A stretch of 64,000 nucleotides of DNA from Octopus vulgaris (taxonomy: Eukaryota), in NCBI GenBank assembly GCA_951406725.2, contig OX597827.1:54560001-54624000 (forward strand), in the 5' to 3' direction. This document shows, piece after piece, positions 37,691 through 51,091 of this stretch. The first letter of the stretch is position 1, and each line of letters starts with the position of its first letter. Both the position numbers and the translations under genes were made by a program. Under the pieces are notes generated by a model. That model did no database searches. It worked only from the letters and a program-made list of their open reading frames with translations, and was not told where the DNA came from.

Positions 37691-40600
37691 GATACTTAGA
37701 AAAACTGGGTTTGTAGCAATCAGAGCATTTTTGATCATAGGTTTTCTTGACCAATAGCGATCTAGAAGCAAACAACAAACTTAACCCTTTTACATTTAAA
37801 CTGGCTATATCCAGGCCAAATATTCCACTTGTTTTACATTCAGACTGGCAATATCCAGCCTCTCACACCTGCCCTACAATGTTATTCTGAAAATAAACAA
37901 TCTCATCATTGAAATCTCAAAGCCACAAGATAATGCAGGATTGACAATTGCTAAAGGGTTCAATGACATTCTATCAATCTTAACTTTCTCCTACATCAGC
38001 TTCATTGCGACTCATTCTATCACCAACTCAGTCTTTCATACTTTTTTCTATAACTCAGTTTACTGTTATATCTGCAAGTTAACTTTTTTTTTGTCCTTAG
38101 AAATTTCAAAGGCAAAAGACAAAAAGAGAAGAAAGCATTGATTTGTTGGTCATCGTGATTATCTCTGAACCAGGACTCAAAGAAAATAAGGATACTAAAA
38201 AAACACCATTATCATATGAAAAATTTTACTTTAAATCTTAAGAAAGCAATTTTCACTCTTAATCATCCTCTCAATCACCAAAATCAAACCAGTGTTTCTA
38301 ATCAAGCATGAAGCTTTTAGCAATTACAGTCAAGCCACTTTCTCCGTGTATTATGGTTCCATCGTTCATTTCTTGTGATTCCATTGAGAGAATTGGATGT
38401 AGGGGAGCTGATGAAATACAACAATCTCCACTGTTACTGAACAGTCATGTTCCTAAAAGCTTTGCTGTAATGAGGGAATTCCATAATGCAAAACCCTATT
38501 TTTCTAATAATTTCCATATTATAAAATGTGATGCATATTTCAATTGAGTTTTATCAAACAAAAAATGAAGAGAATATCTATAACTACAGCCACCACCCTT
38601 ACAAAAAATACAACTACAATGTGAAGAATCCTTGAATTTAATCAAAACTAATTGGAACTAATTTGATTATCTGGCCTTCTCAAAACCAAAGTGAGTGACC
38701 TCTTCCCTTTCACCAGAGATTATTATGACTACCACCTGCTTTATTGAAGATGTGGTGTGAACTATCTTTTATTTAATCTAGCTGCAATTTAATTAGGTAG
38801 GGTTGAGACAAGCCAAAAAGGGAACTTCAATGTGGTCTCTTGACCAGTTGAAAATAGTAGCAAAGTCTCCCTTGATTCATATCCTGCAATGCTAGGAAAG
38901 GGATACATGTATCAGGATAACAGTCTTTGATACACTGTGTCTTTAATAAATTTCAAAAAACACTCAAAAATTTTCCGACAACAATTTATAAAATCTCAAA
39001 AAAATAATTAAAAAAGCTCTAAGAATCTCAAAAAATATATTTTCTTTTTTTTTTTTTCTTTCCAAATGTCTCAGAATTATGAACTAGTATTTTCTTTTGC
39101 AATATAAAATGAACTCTTAAAAGGTTCCTTAAATCTGATATTAAGTTGCAGTTTCATGGCACAAAACAAATGAGAAATAAATCTCCTAGTATGCCAATCT
39201 ATTGTCATGATAATCTAATACCTAATCCTGACAGTTAAGTGAACTGAGTCAATGCTGAATAAATAGTTCTGCTCAGAAACCTTCAGCTGTTTTAACATTT
39301 TTCTCTCAGAGAATTTTGAATTAACAAAATATTTGTTACAGATTCCAGCAATCTCTGCATCTTCTGAACTTTCTTGTGATATCTACTTATGATTTAAAAT
39401 TAATTAATTCATAATTGAAGCTATTAAAAGCTAAATGCCAAGGATATAACACAGCCTCAATTACAAGATGTTAACTATCAATCTCACAGCTACTTGTTAG
39501 AGTCATTTTGCCCCAGATTCATTCAATGTTAATTGAGCAGACATATGGTTAAAGGTGTCCATGCATACTAAATAGCTCACTCACATATGCATAGATTCAT
39601 GTACACATAAACAGAGATAACCCAATGTTATAATAATGACCCAGAAATTGTAGTCAATTTCGAGGATGCTTTTGCTAAAACATAGGGTAATAGAAATATG
39701 AAATGAAAAACCTTGTTAGTTTGGAGAGACAGAAAACAGGTTTCATTCTTTCAAAAATGTTGCTTTCAACTGCAGATAATGTGGTACCTCAATTCTGCCT
39801 CTATGTTGATGTGAGGGTGCTTACTTCTCATGTGACCAATGGAAATCTCTGCTAAAATTTGAATTGAAGTAAGATCACATTACCACTAGAACAAGTCTCA
39901 CCACTACTACCATAACTGCTGCTGCCACCACCACCACCACCACCACTATCTCTCTCTTTGTTAGAGCGAAAGAGTAAGGAATGCATTAATCAACACACTG
40001 TGCTGTCTCTACTTCTTTTTCATCAACATTTATTGGATTTTTTGATAGTTTTTTTTTTTTCCTTTTTTACCATTTCTCTTACCAAATAATTTTAAATTGT
40101 GAAGTATTAAACTCACACCGAAATTCATTTGCTTTTTCAATGCTTTGAAGCATTTATTTTGAAACTTTTCTAATGTTTTGTTTCTGTATGCCAACTGAAG
40201 CATTTGTTTTACATTTCTGAAGCTTCTCTTTTCATTAAGTAAAACTTTTCTTCATAGCTTCAGAATTGTATAATAAAAAAAAAAGACAAAACGTTATTAA
40301 AACATATATAAAACCTACTGATGATGATGATGACGATGATGACAAGAACAACAATGACAACGATGGCGACAATGATGGCAACGATACTCTTTACTCTTTT
40401 TTACTGTCTCTTTTACTTGTTACAGTCATTTGACTGTGGCCATGCTAGAGCACCGCCTTTAGTCAAGCAAAGTGACCCCAGGACTTATTCTTTATATTCG
40501 GTCTCTTTTGCCGAATTGCAAAGTTACAGGGATGTAAACACACCAGCATCGGTTTTTAAATGTGGTGCCCCAGCATGGCCACAGTTACATGACTGAAACA

Positions 40601-41774
40601 AATAAAACAATAAAAAAACTATTCCATTTTAATCCTGAGCAATGCTGGATATCTCTGCTAGTATTTGATAAAATAGCAAACACTACATAAATTTGTGGCT
40701 ATGTCTTCATTGGTTGGGACATTAACATGAAATTATAAGTGAAGATCACTGAATAGGTAGGTCTGTTAATAGCTAGATTTGTCAAACTTTAATCTTTTAG
40801 CATTTAACAGGCCATGTCAGTCTGAAATATACTACCTGCTTTATATTCTAACTAACCAAATCCAGCCTCTCACACCTGCCTGACAATGTCATTCTGAAAA
40901 TTAAAAAAATCACATCATCAAAGTTTCAAATCTATGAGATGATACATGATTAATTCGAAACAATATGAATAAGCAAGCATTACATTTGACAGAGTTCTGA
41001 GAATGCCAAAGGGTTATTGACATCAGATGTGTTATGTCAGATCTAAGGTGTCTAATCAAAGTAAACCTTCAAAGGGTTAACTAGCTAATTAAAAGATATT
41101 AACTAGCTAGGAAAATTAGTGTCAGTGATCTTTCACCTGTCATCAGACATTAACAGTTGTCTTACTGTTCACACTGGAATAAATTGATGAATTAGGCCAA
41201 ATATGTGTCTACATAATGGTTCCAACACTTAATGACAAAACTATGGCTAATAATTAGGGGAAAAGCTGAATTATTGATTAATCATGTTTCTAATCTCAGC
41301 ACAATAAACATAAAATATTGCCATATTAATTATATAAAAATATTGCTTTTAACTTTTGGCAATAGGCCAATAATTTTGGGGAGGAGACTAGTCAATTACA
41401 TCGACCCCAGTGCTCCACTAGTACTTATTTTATCAACCCTGAAAGGATGAAAGGCAAAGCCAACCCTGGTGGAATTTGAACTCAGAATGTAATGAAATAA
41501 AGAAGCTTGCTTCCCAGCCACATTGTTGTGTGTGTGTGTGGGGGGATGCACGTGCGCTTCTTTGCTTATGTGATTGTCCCCCACCACTACTTGACATCTG
41601 GTGTTGAATTGCTTATATACTGTAACTTAGCAGTTCAGTATAAGAGACTGATATAAAAAGTACCGGGCTTTAAAGAAACAATAAGTATTGCGATCGATTC
41701 ATTCAACTAAAACCCCTTCAAGGTAGTACCCCAGCATGGCCAGAGTCCATTGACTGAAACAAGAGAAAGGTAAA

Positions 41775-41886
<112 letters not shown>

Positions 41887-42274
41887 GGGTTGAAAGACAG
41901 GCAGATGTGCAGATAGAGAAGCAGGTTGATGGGAAAACAGGCAGGTGTAAAAATGGATGGACAGGCAAATAGGCAAACAAATAAGCAGACTAATGAACAG
42001 GTAGAAAGTGAATGGAGAAATGACCCAAGAGACAACCAGGACTGTAGGCAGATAGGAAGATTTTCTTAAATCAAATCCTGTTTGGGTCAAACTGACTTGT
42101 TGTTTAACCCCAGGTCGGATTTGATGAAGCAGACACCTTGTCAAATTCTACCTGTGACTATTCATCATCAATCCTTTGACGTCCATTTTCCATGCTCACA
42201 TGGGCTGCACTGATTAACAGGAGCAGGTAAGTAAGAGAGCTGCAACAAGTTCTAGTTGGATTTTGCTTGGTTTC

Positions 42275-43140
42275 TTATTTCTTTATTGCCCACAAGGGGC
42301 TAAACATAAAGGGGACAAACAAGGACAGACAAAGGGATTAAGTCGATTACATCGACCCCAGTGTGTAACTGGTACTTAATTTATCAACCCTGAAAGGATG
42401 AAAGGCAAAGTCGACCTCAGCGGAATTTGAACTCAGAACATAACAGCAGACGAAATACCGCTAAGCATTTCGTTGGCATGCTAACATTTCTTATTTCTTT
42501 ATTGCCCACAAGAGGCTAAACATAGATGGAACAAACAAGGACAGACAAAGGGACTAAGATGATTACATCGACCCCAGTGCTTAATTTATCAACCCCAAAA
42601 GGATGAAAGGCAATGTCGACCTCAGCGGAATTTGAACTCAGAACATAACAGCAGACGAAATACTGCTGAGCATTTCGTTGGCGTGCTAACATTTCTTATT
42701 TCTTTATTGCCCACAAGAGGCTAAACATAGAGGGAACAAACAAGGACAGACAAACGGATTAAGTCGATTACATCGACCCCAGTATGTGACTGGTGCTTAA
42801 TTTATCGACCCCGAAAGGATGAAAGGCAAAGTCAACCTCGGCGGAATTTGAACTCAGAACATAACGGCAGACGAAATACCGCTAAGCATTTTTTCAGCGT
42901 GCTAACATTTCTTATTTCTTTATTGCCCACAAGGGGCTAAACATAGAGGGGACAAACAAGGACAGACAAAGGGTTTAAGATGATTACATCGACCCCAGTA
43001 TGTAACTGGTGCTTAATTTATCAACCCCAAAAGGATGAAAGGCAAAGTCAACCTCGGCAGAATTTGAACTCAGAAAGTAACAGCAGACGAAATACTGCTA
43101 AGCATTTTGCCAGCATGCTAACATTTCTGCCAGCTCGTCG
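42275..43140 (-). mobile_element. Head-to-tail array of four SINE B units inside an RTE 3' fragment (42163-43380)
   Basis: Units start at about 42275, 42491, 42696 and 42912; all three internal junctions read gctaacatttc|ttatttctttattgccc. Confidence 0.92.
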
Positions 43141-44300
43141 CATTGGTCTCTGCAGTGGGGATGCCCTTTCTTACACTAAACACTTTATAGAGTGCACTGG
43201 GTGCATTTGACATGGCATCACACAAGCACTTTTATGTGACACCAACACGAGTGCCTTTTTTGTGGCACCAGCACACGACTCTTGCGGGCCAATCCTCTTC
43301 ACCAGGGGGAGTGATCTTAACATTTCTGCTGTGAAGGACAGGTCTTCTTGAGTACAGCAAGGTGCCAAGTATCTCAGTCCTTTCTTTAATTTATTTATTT
43401 AGATATGGTGAATCTAATGCTCTGTGACATTTTCAAAACGTTTAAAGTATGGTTTAAAAGAGATTTAACTCCTATTTCTAGCAAGTCATGTAGCCACATA
43501 ATGGCTCTTTCATTGGTTCATCAATTTTGCTGGAGTCAATAAAATAAGTTCCAGTCATTTCTATTAGCTGTGTCCCTTTTCTACACATTTTTATTGTGCT
43601 TGTATCTTTTTCCTTTTACTTGTTTCAGTTAATGAACTGTCAAACATGAGGTCGGAAGCAAACTTCTATAGGAAGTCATTTTAAAAATTTAGTGATGCAG
43701 ACTAGAAGAATGAAGAACGGCAAAAAAGCTCTTAAACCAACAGTGACTGACCTAAAAATAAAATGCTAGTCCAAGGAAGCTAATGGTAGTCTGAGCCTGC
43801 AAAAGTCATTTAGTAAACTCCAAAAATTCATATAAGTTTAAATGTGAAAATATGTGTTGATAACCATATGTGCACACAGACATACTCTCTCACCCCTTAT
43901 GCATCAATCTTACTCCCTTATTTTCCCCTACTTCCTGCTAGCATGAAAGTGTGCATGTGTGGTTGAATAGGTATGTGAATGTATGTGCGCTTGTATTCGT
44001 GTTTCTATGCTTACCACACTCCTTAATCCAGTGGTTCTCCTTAATCCAGAGAGGCAATTGTTTAACCCATTATAGTTCTTCCTCAACCTTTCCTTCATTC
44101 ATCACTCTAGCCACTGACCCCATATTAACAACTTCTCAACATGGTTAGCCTTCTCCCCCTCTTACTCATCCCTCTTGCCTCACGCTTTCTTATTTAAACA
44201 AACCTACTTCTTCAGTGTTATCATAAACTTTTGGAATTTGTTTCTGCCTTTCTCTCTCTCTCTTCTCTCTCTCCCTCTCCCTACCCCTTCTCTCTACTAA

Positions 44301-44506
44301 CAGTGATTCTCAACCATTTTTTTTACCTATGGACCCCTTTGATTCTTATTTTACTTGAGTAATTACTATTAGGAATTGTATTAACAAAAATTGTTAAAAT
44401 ATTTTGTGTATTGTAAAAGTATAACCAATTTATTGCCGATAAATTTTAGCAACAAAATCTAACATGGACTCCCAAGAGTCACAGTGACCCCAGTTGAGAA
44501 CTACTG
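44301..44506. mobile_element. hAT-like MITE
   Basis: TIRs CAGTGATTCTCAAC / GTTGAGAACTACTG; TSD not preserved. Confidence 0.7.
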
Positions 44507-44905
44507 CTCAAGACCCACAGACTCCCCTCTTCCCATGTCATACAAACTTGTTGCTATTGCTGTATTTGCAAACTTTACTTAAAAGTACATCAAATTTCAA
44601 AACAATACTTGGTTCAATCTTTACTGCTGACGTTTTCATTTAATTAATTTGGTTGTGTGTCTTTTTTTTTTTACATCATTATTTTTAAATTCTTAATTGA
44701 AGAGGATTATCCAGAATACTGCATAACTCAATTACTTAAAAGCCTTTCTTTTAGTTTTTGTTTTAATATTCATGCAGACAGATGTGGATTAAACAATGAT
44801 AACAAACAAGTCTGTACCATAAATGTCGCAAATTATTGTCTCAGGAGATTACGAGCTTCATATTCTGTAATAGCTTTTGCTTTGTGTTCTTGGTCAAGAC
44901 ATTAC

Positions 44906-45005
44906 CTGTATTTCATTACATGTTTCAGGCTTTGCCTTCCCCATGTCCAGAATGGTGTTGCAAATCTGAGTATTTACTTTAGGATCAATATACATAATTG
45001 GGATC
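44906..45005 (-). CDS. Candidate internal coding exon, product unknown
   Basis: ccttgttttag acceptor and CAG|gtaatg donor. One open frame: IPIMYIDPKVNTQICNTILDMGKAKPETCNEIQ. Confidence 0.3.
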
Positions 45006-45039
45006 CTAAAACAAGGTGCCTCATAAAAAGCATTGGTTT

Positions 45040-45232
45040 GGATGATGATGCCACATATAAAGCACCCAATACATACTGTAAAGTGGTTAGTGTTAGGAAG
45101 GGCATCTAGCCGTAGAAACCATACCAAAACAGACAATGGAACCTAGTGCAGGCCCTGGCCCAGCCAGTTCTTGTCCAGCCATCCAACTTATACTAGCATG
45201 GAAAATAGACTTTAAATGTTGATGATGATGAT
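45040..45232 (+). mobile_element. RTE LINE 3' end
   Basis: Same family as 9482; (GAT)n tail. Confidence 0.75.
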
Positions 45233-45590
45233 AATAATATACAAAGATCTGTAAATACATCTTATACTAAAGTGCTGCTGATATAGCTGGGATAGTACAC
45301 ACACACCATATAAACCAGTTATGGGCAATCTTTCTCAAGAAGTGAGTCACATGAGCCATGATTCATCATTAGGTGGGCGGTACTACTAAAATAATTTAAG
45401 GTAATTTTTCATTCGAGGTGCCATTCAAGAAATTCTATAGGTTCTAGTTTGCTCATGACAGATTTAGACACTCATTTTCAATGCTATATCTAGGAAAAGA
45501 TTTCCACTTGATTGGCAAACCCTACACACATTAACATTTTCCAGTCATTTCCATTAAGTTGTATTAGCTTTCTTTCAACTTTAAGTTTAA

Positions 45591-45809
45591 CCCTTTCGTT
45601 ACTGTATTTATTTTGAGATGTTCTGTATTTCTTTTAATTACTTTAAATATAACAAAGAATTTAGTAAAATAACTAAGTTATGATTCAGCTAGTGTTAGGA
45701 ACATAAATTGTGTCTAAGGTTTGGTGGAAGATTTTAATTCAAAACTTTTTAAATAAGACATTCGTACTCAGAGCCAGAGTCAGTTTCAGCTGGGTCGGTA
45801 ACAAAAGGG
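45591..45809. mobile_element. piggyBac-like MITE with TTAA TSD
   Basis: TTAA|CCCTTTCGTTAC ... GTAACAAAAGGG|TTAA. Confidence 0.85.
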
Positions 45810-46014
45810 TTAAGGCACCGGGTCTCACCTCCTCTCAAATTTCTAACAACTTGCATTTCTTCTTATCATTTCAAAGAGTCTCATTACCTGTAGCCAGCAC
45901 CAGAGATTATCTACAATCTTTCCTTCTCTGAAGTGTAATCATATTTTGGAGTTTTCCCAGTTACTATACTAATTCTATACAGTCACCATACTAATAATCT
46001 ATATATTCACCATA

Positions 46015-46222
46015 CTGTGAGCTGGCAGAGTCGTTAGCATGTCAGGTGAAATGCTTAGCAGTATTTCATCCATCTTCATGTTCTGAGTTCAAATTCCACC
46101 TAGGTTGACTTTGCCTTTCATCCTTTCAGGGTCAATTAAATAGGAACCAGTTATACACTGGAGTTGATGTAATCGACTTATCCCTTCCCTCAAATTTCAG
46201 GCCATGTGACTAAAGTAGAAAG
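46015..46222 (+). mobile_element. SINE family B variant with a different 3' tail
   Basis: Same head and core as family B, then cccttccctcaaatttcaggcc. Confidence 0.78.
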
Positions 46223-46681
46223 GGTATATATTCCCCATACTAATTATATATACACAGTTACCCTAATCTTTCAGTTGAGTTCAAATAAGTAACTGAGAAA
46301 GTGGGGTTCAATATGGGAACTTGTACCAGTGACACTTAAGGTTTTCACTTTAGTATCCTATTTTGCTTACTTAGTACAACAATCTATTTTTTGCTTCCTT
46401 GTGGAGGTGAAAACGGTTATAGATTGCATCCATAAAATTGATATATTGCTAAGTTTCCTGTTATGTTGACAACGGAATGTTATGACATAAAGTTGACGCC
46501 ATGAAGTAGAGTTTATTCCTTCATTCAAGGTCAATAATGTACTCCATTGTTACTCCAGCTTTCTTGGTTTTGCCTGCTTGTCCAGGGAACACAATGATAC
46601 ATCTGTCATTTTGTCCTTCCTCATTCTTTCTTCCATTCTCCCTCTTCTCTGCTCTCCTCTCTCTCTCTCTCTTTCTCTCTA

Positions 46682-46810
<129 letters not shown>

Positions 46811-48560
46811 TCAGATGAATATGGTACTTAAGTTAAAGGCACCAGAATTTAGTATGGTATTATCCATATAATTCAAAACTGGGTGATTATAATCAAAATA
46901 AGCAACAAGGTTCTCCAGAGGTAATGCAGTACGATCGTTTCATGTGACTCCATTTAATTGAACAATGCAAGCATTACATCAATTTAAAATGTAGAGCAAT
47001 CTTCAGCTGCATGAAAATATAGAATTTAGTTAAATTCGAAGGACTCATTTGTATAATTTTCTTTTTATCCAAAATCACCAAGAGGATAAGTAGATAGACA
47101 AAGAACATGTTTTATCAACAACATCACAGTTGTAACTGAGATTTTTTTCAAAAAAGACACTGCTTATCACTGATTATTTCTGTTATTTAGATTTACTAGT
47201 GGGGTGGGGGTAGTTTTAATTTATAGACTAGTTTATCAAATCTAAGAGAAACTAGAGTGTAATCTTTATGGATAGGGCAAAATAGATAGACAATTTAAGT
47301 GGCAGAGTCATAAATCGAGATTTCTTTGAAATAAAACCATTTGGTTCAGTAAGAATATACTTTAGACAAGGTTATAGCAGCTAAATTTGCAGGCTAATGC
47401 TTATGGGACAGGAGAGTGAAATCATATAGTACAAATATTTATCTACTATAAAACAATGTAATTTGTATATACACAGATACATTTTAGAGTTATTCTAAAG
47501 AGCACTAAGAAGAATATTTGTGAATACTTTCAGTATTATCAAAAAATTTTACATAATAGAGGGACAGAAAATATAGAAATAATTCCATATTTATATATTT
47601 CTATACTAACTTAACATATATTTATAGTTATTTATTAAATGGTAATTATTGGTATTAATAAAGGAAAGTTAAGTTACAGGAATATGTTAAAATTTATATA
47701 TTAAATATTAACAATTTTAGTCTGAGCATATTTCTTATATTATAAACAGTGAATATACCAGCATAGTTTTATAAAAGCTGCATATGGAATTTATAGAGAT
47801 ATTTTGAATAAAGTAATATAGTAAATAAATAGATAAGAAATTGGTTTTAGAGTGAAATAAAGAAATAAGAATAAAAATAAAATAGAAAAATATAATTCTT
47901 TGTAGAATATTTTTGACAAGGGGTAAAAAGATTTATATTCCAAAAAACTATTGTAAGGTATATTTAGCTTATTTACATCAATAGGTAAGGTAATTTGTTA
48001 GAAAAAAATTTATAATTCCAAATCTTAGACTAAAAATTATATCTACTTGTCATGAGAATATCTATAAATGACTAATGTTTAATGTTGGGTAAAGAAATAA
48101 TTAAATTATTGGACAAAAATTTTATTATCAACAAATCTTTTTATAAAATTATAGGTTTAAGAAATTGTTATTATTAAGCCATACATGATAATTTATATTT
48201 TCCAATTGATACTTACAAGAAATGCTATTTATATAAAGCTCCCTTATACATACTAAGATCAGGAGGGTAATCAGTAGTGGCATCCTGTTTGCTAAAAATC
48301 TAATTCTAAAAAATCTTCTTAATTACTCTAATTAATATTTTATAACCTTATACAACTAAATAGTATTGTTTAAAAATTTCTTGAAGAAATTATTTGATTT
48401 CTCTTTCTCTCAGATAGCTCTACCCTCCTGATCTTAGTATGTATAAGGGAGAAAATATAAATTATCATGTAGGGCTTAATAATAACAATTTCTTAAACCT
48501 ATAATAAAACTCATAATTTCATAAAAAGATTTGTTGATAATAACATTTTTGTCCAATAAT
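46811..48560 (-). mobile_element. Degenerate Penelope-like retroelement with terminal hammerhead and 5' inverted duplication
   Basis: Very AT-rich. Weak minus-strand traces of PLE C-terminal motifs (LTYSC, LSK-YI across a frameshift, KTCSL..LDKK). Hammerhead near the 3' end, which abuts (TA)n(TAGA)n. 48105-48270 is duplicated in inverted form at 48420-48560. Confidence 0.55.
46924..47012 (-). ncRNA. Type-I hammerhead ribozyme motif with extended stem II
   Basis: ATGCAG-CTGAAGA-[58-nt hairpin]-GAAAC-GATC-GTA-CTGCAT: perfect 6-bp stem I, palindromic stem III ACGATCGT, GUA triplet. Confidence 0.75.
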
Positions 48561-48827
48561 ATTTTAGTTGAAATCCCCACTTCAGTTTATTATACCGTTC
48601 ATCATTTTGGATTGATAAAATAAAGCACCAGTCAAGTACAAGGGTTAATTTGATATTTCCTGTCAAGCTGGGAACATATTTCCTGTCAAATTGTGAATAT
48701 TTCCTGTCTAGGGGTGAATATAAGTATAATAGATGACATATCATTGAGTAATGTTGATAACATGTATGAGACAAAAATGTAGCTTTGATGTTGTTGCTTG
48801 ATCTTCTGGAAAGAGCAACCAAATAAT

Positions 48828-49270
48828 CATCATCACCATCATTTAGTGTCTGTTTTTCATGCTGGCATGGGTTAGATGGTTTGACAGGAGCTGACCAGGC
48901 TCCATTTGTCTGCTCTGGCATAATTTCTATCGCTAGATGCCCTTCCTAATGACAACCACTTTACAGACTGTTCTGGGTTCGTTTTATGTGACATTGGCAC
49001 AGGTGCTTCTACATGGCACTGGCACAAGTGTTTCTACATGGCACCAATACGAGTGCATTTTATGTGGCACCAGCACAGGCATAAAGAACCTGCCTGTATG
49101 CATGGATAGCCACAATTTTACTTAGCATGTTGTGTCTTCTCAAGCACAGCAGATCACCAGAAATCTTGGTCCCTTGTCAACTCCTCAGTGAAGCTCAACA
49201 TCTGGAGATCCATTCTCGCCACCATGCCCCACATCTTCCTGGGTTTACCTTTCCCATTGATTCTCCATGC
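48828..49270 (-). mobile_element. RTE LINE 3' end including the ORF C-terminus
   Basis: Minus translation GKGKPRKMW...LTRDQDFW*SAVLEKT, then the family 3'UTR and (GAT)n tail. Confidence 0.82.
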
Positions 49271-49468
49271 TTTCTTGTCTAAGTAGCGGAAGATATTGTA
49301 AAAAAGATGAACTAGTCACATCTGGAGCATTTTTTATCTTAAGTCTGTTCAAATGGGCTTGACCTGGAGAGACAAAGAACAATAAAGTTTTTTGAATTTT
49401 CATATTTAAGTTGGTATATTTGCATTTGGAAAGTTACTATTAGAGTTTCTCTGTAAGATATATTTGTG

Positions 49469-49473
<5 letters not shown>

Positions 49474-49537
<64 letters not shown>

Positions 49538-49542
49538 ACACA

Positions 49543-49622
<80 letters not shown>
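49474..49622. repeat. (CA)n microsatellite
   Basis: Direct reading. Confidence 0.98.
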
Positions 49623-49623
<1 letters not shown>

Positions 49624-49970
49624 CTAAGTTGAGTTATATAATTCAATATAGTGGCTATCTGAAAATTGAAAGGGCTAAGTTATTGTCTGATATGAACATT
49701 CAAACTTGCACCTGTCTTCCTAATTCATAATGCTAAACTTACCTGTTTTGAACATGTTAATTTGTTAACATTGAAACTTTTAAAGATGTTTTTCTAATTC
49801 ATAATTTTAAACTTTCACAATTGATAAACAAAAAATATTGTTGAAACTAGTTTGGTATATATGTAAATAAATGTATTTTAAAGATTTACAAGTTCTTGAG
49901 ATTTAGGTGCATTTTCAACAACACATTTCCCTATATTTTTTTTCTGCATAGAAACACCCCACCTCTTTTG

Positions 49971-50007
<37 letters not shown>

Positions 50008-50151
50008 CAATATATATTGGTAAAAACGGTAAAATAACAAAAGAAAGAAGGAGACCTCAATATTATGTAAATAGAGGAAATTTATCTGTAAATTAACATG
50101 TGACCATTATTCAATAGCTATTGAATAATGGTCACATATTAATTTACAAAT

Positions 50152-50235
<84 letters not shown>

Positions 50236-50466
50236 GATACACAAACACACACAGACACACAAGCACACACATGCACACACACATACACACTCACTCACAC
50301 ACATACACACACATACATACGCATACAAACTCACACACAGATGCAGTATTTAAAGAAGAGAAAATGAAAATGAAGTTTCAATAGTGAACAACGAATACAA
50401 CAGCAGTTCAAGAAAACACTTTTAATCTGCAGAATCTACTTAATAAAGCAACCTTCTTTCTCAACA

Positions 50467-50526
<60 letters not shown>

Positions 50527-50979
50527 TTGTATTCATTCAATATAGTAACATGTTCTTGGAATGTAGCGGCAAATAGGACAGGACACCAGGATACCCCAGT
50601 CTAGCCTCAATTGCTGACGTAAGTATATAGCATAAAATAGAAAAGCTGCATCTGAAGCATATAAATGAAACAAGACACCAAAGAACTGATACTAACACAA
50701 ATACACACACACACACACACACACACACGCATGTACACGCACGCACTCACACACACACACATACTCTCACACACACATATAGTGTGCTTCATTTTAAGAA
50801 CATTCTGACATGCATGTGTGCATAAGTGTGTGCGTGTATGTGTGTGTGTGAGTGTGAAAGAGAAGGGGATGGAGAGAGAGAGAATTTAATTTAATTATAC
50901 ATTTAATTGTGCAAACATATCTATGAATATTGCATTCATATGGATGTGTGAACTTCAGATTTTGACATTCTCTACAGAT

Positions 50980-51010
<31 letters not shown>

Positions 51011-51091
51011 TACATATATATACATATGTATATATATATATATATATATATACTTACACACACATATGTATACGTATATATGTGTACTTGT

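Noticed and set aside
38290-38460. Coding-looking island
   Set aside because: Several short frames, none recognisable, and ambiguous splice sites.
42275-43140. CRISPR-like or tRNA-array appearance
   Set aside because: The units are ~215-bp SINE copies with no unique spacers, in a eukaryotic context.
44657-45109. 150-aa plus-strand ORF
   Set aside because: GTG start in a T-rich tract, runs into an RTE 3'UTR, no domain recognised.
50655-50690. CTGAAGC...GAAAC hammerhead-like spacing
   Set aside because: Core mismatch, and neither stem I nor the NUH triplet forms.
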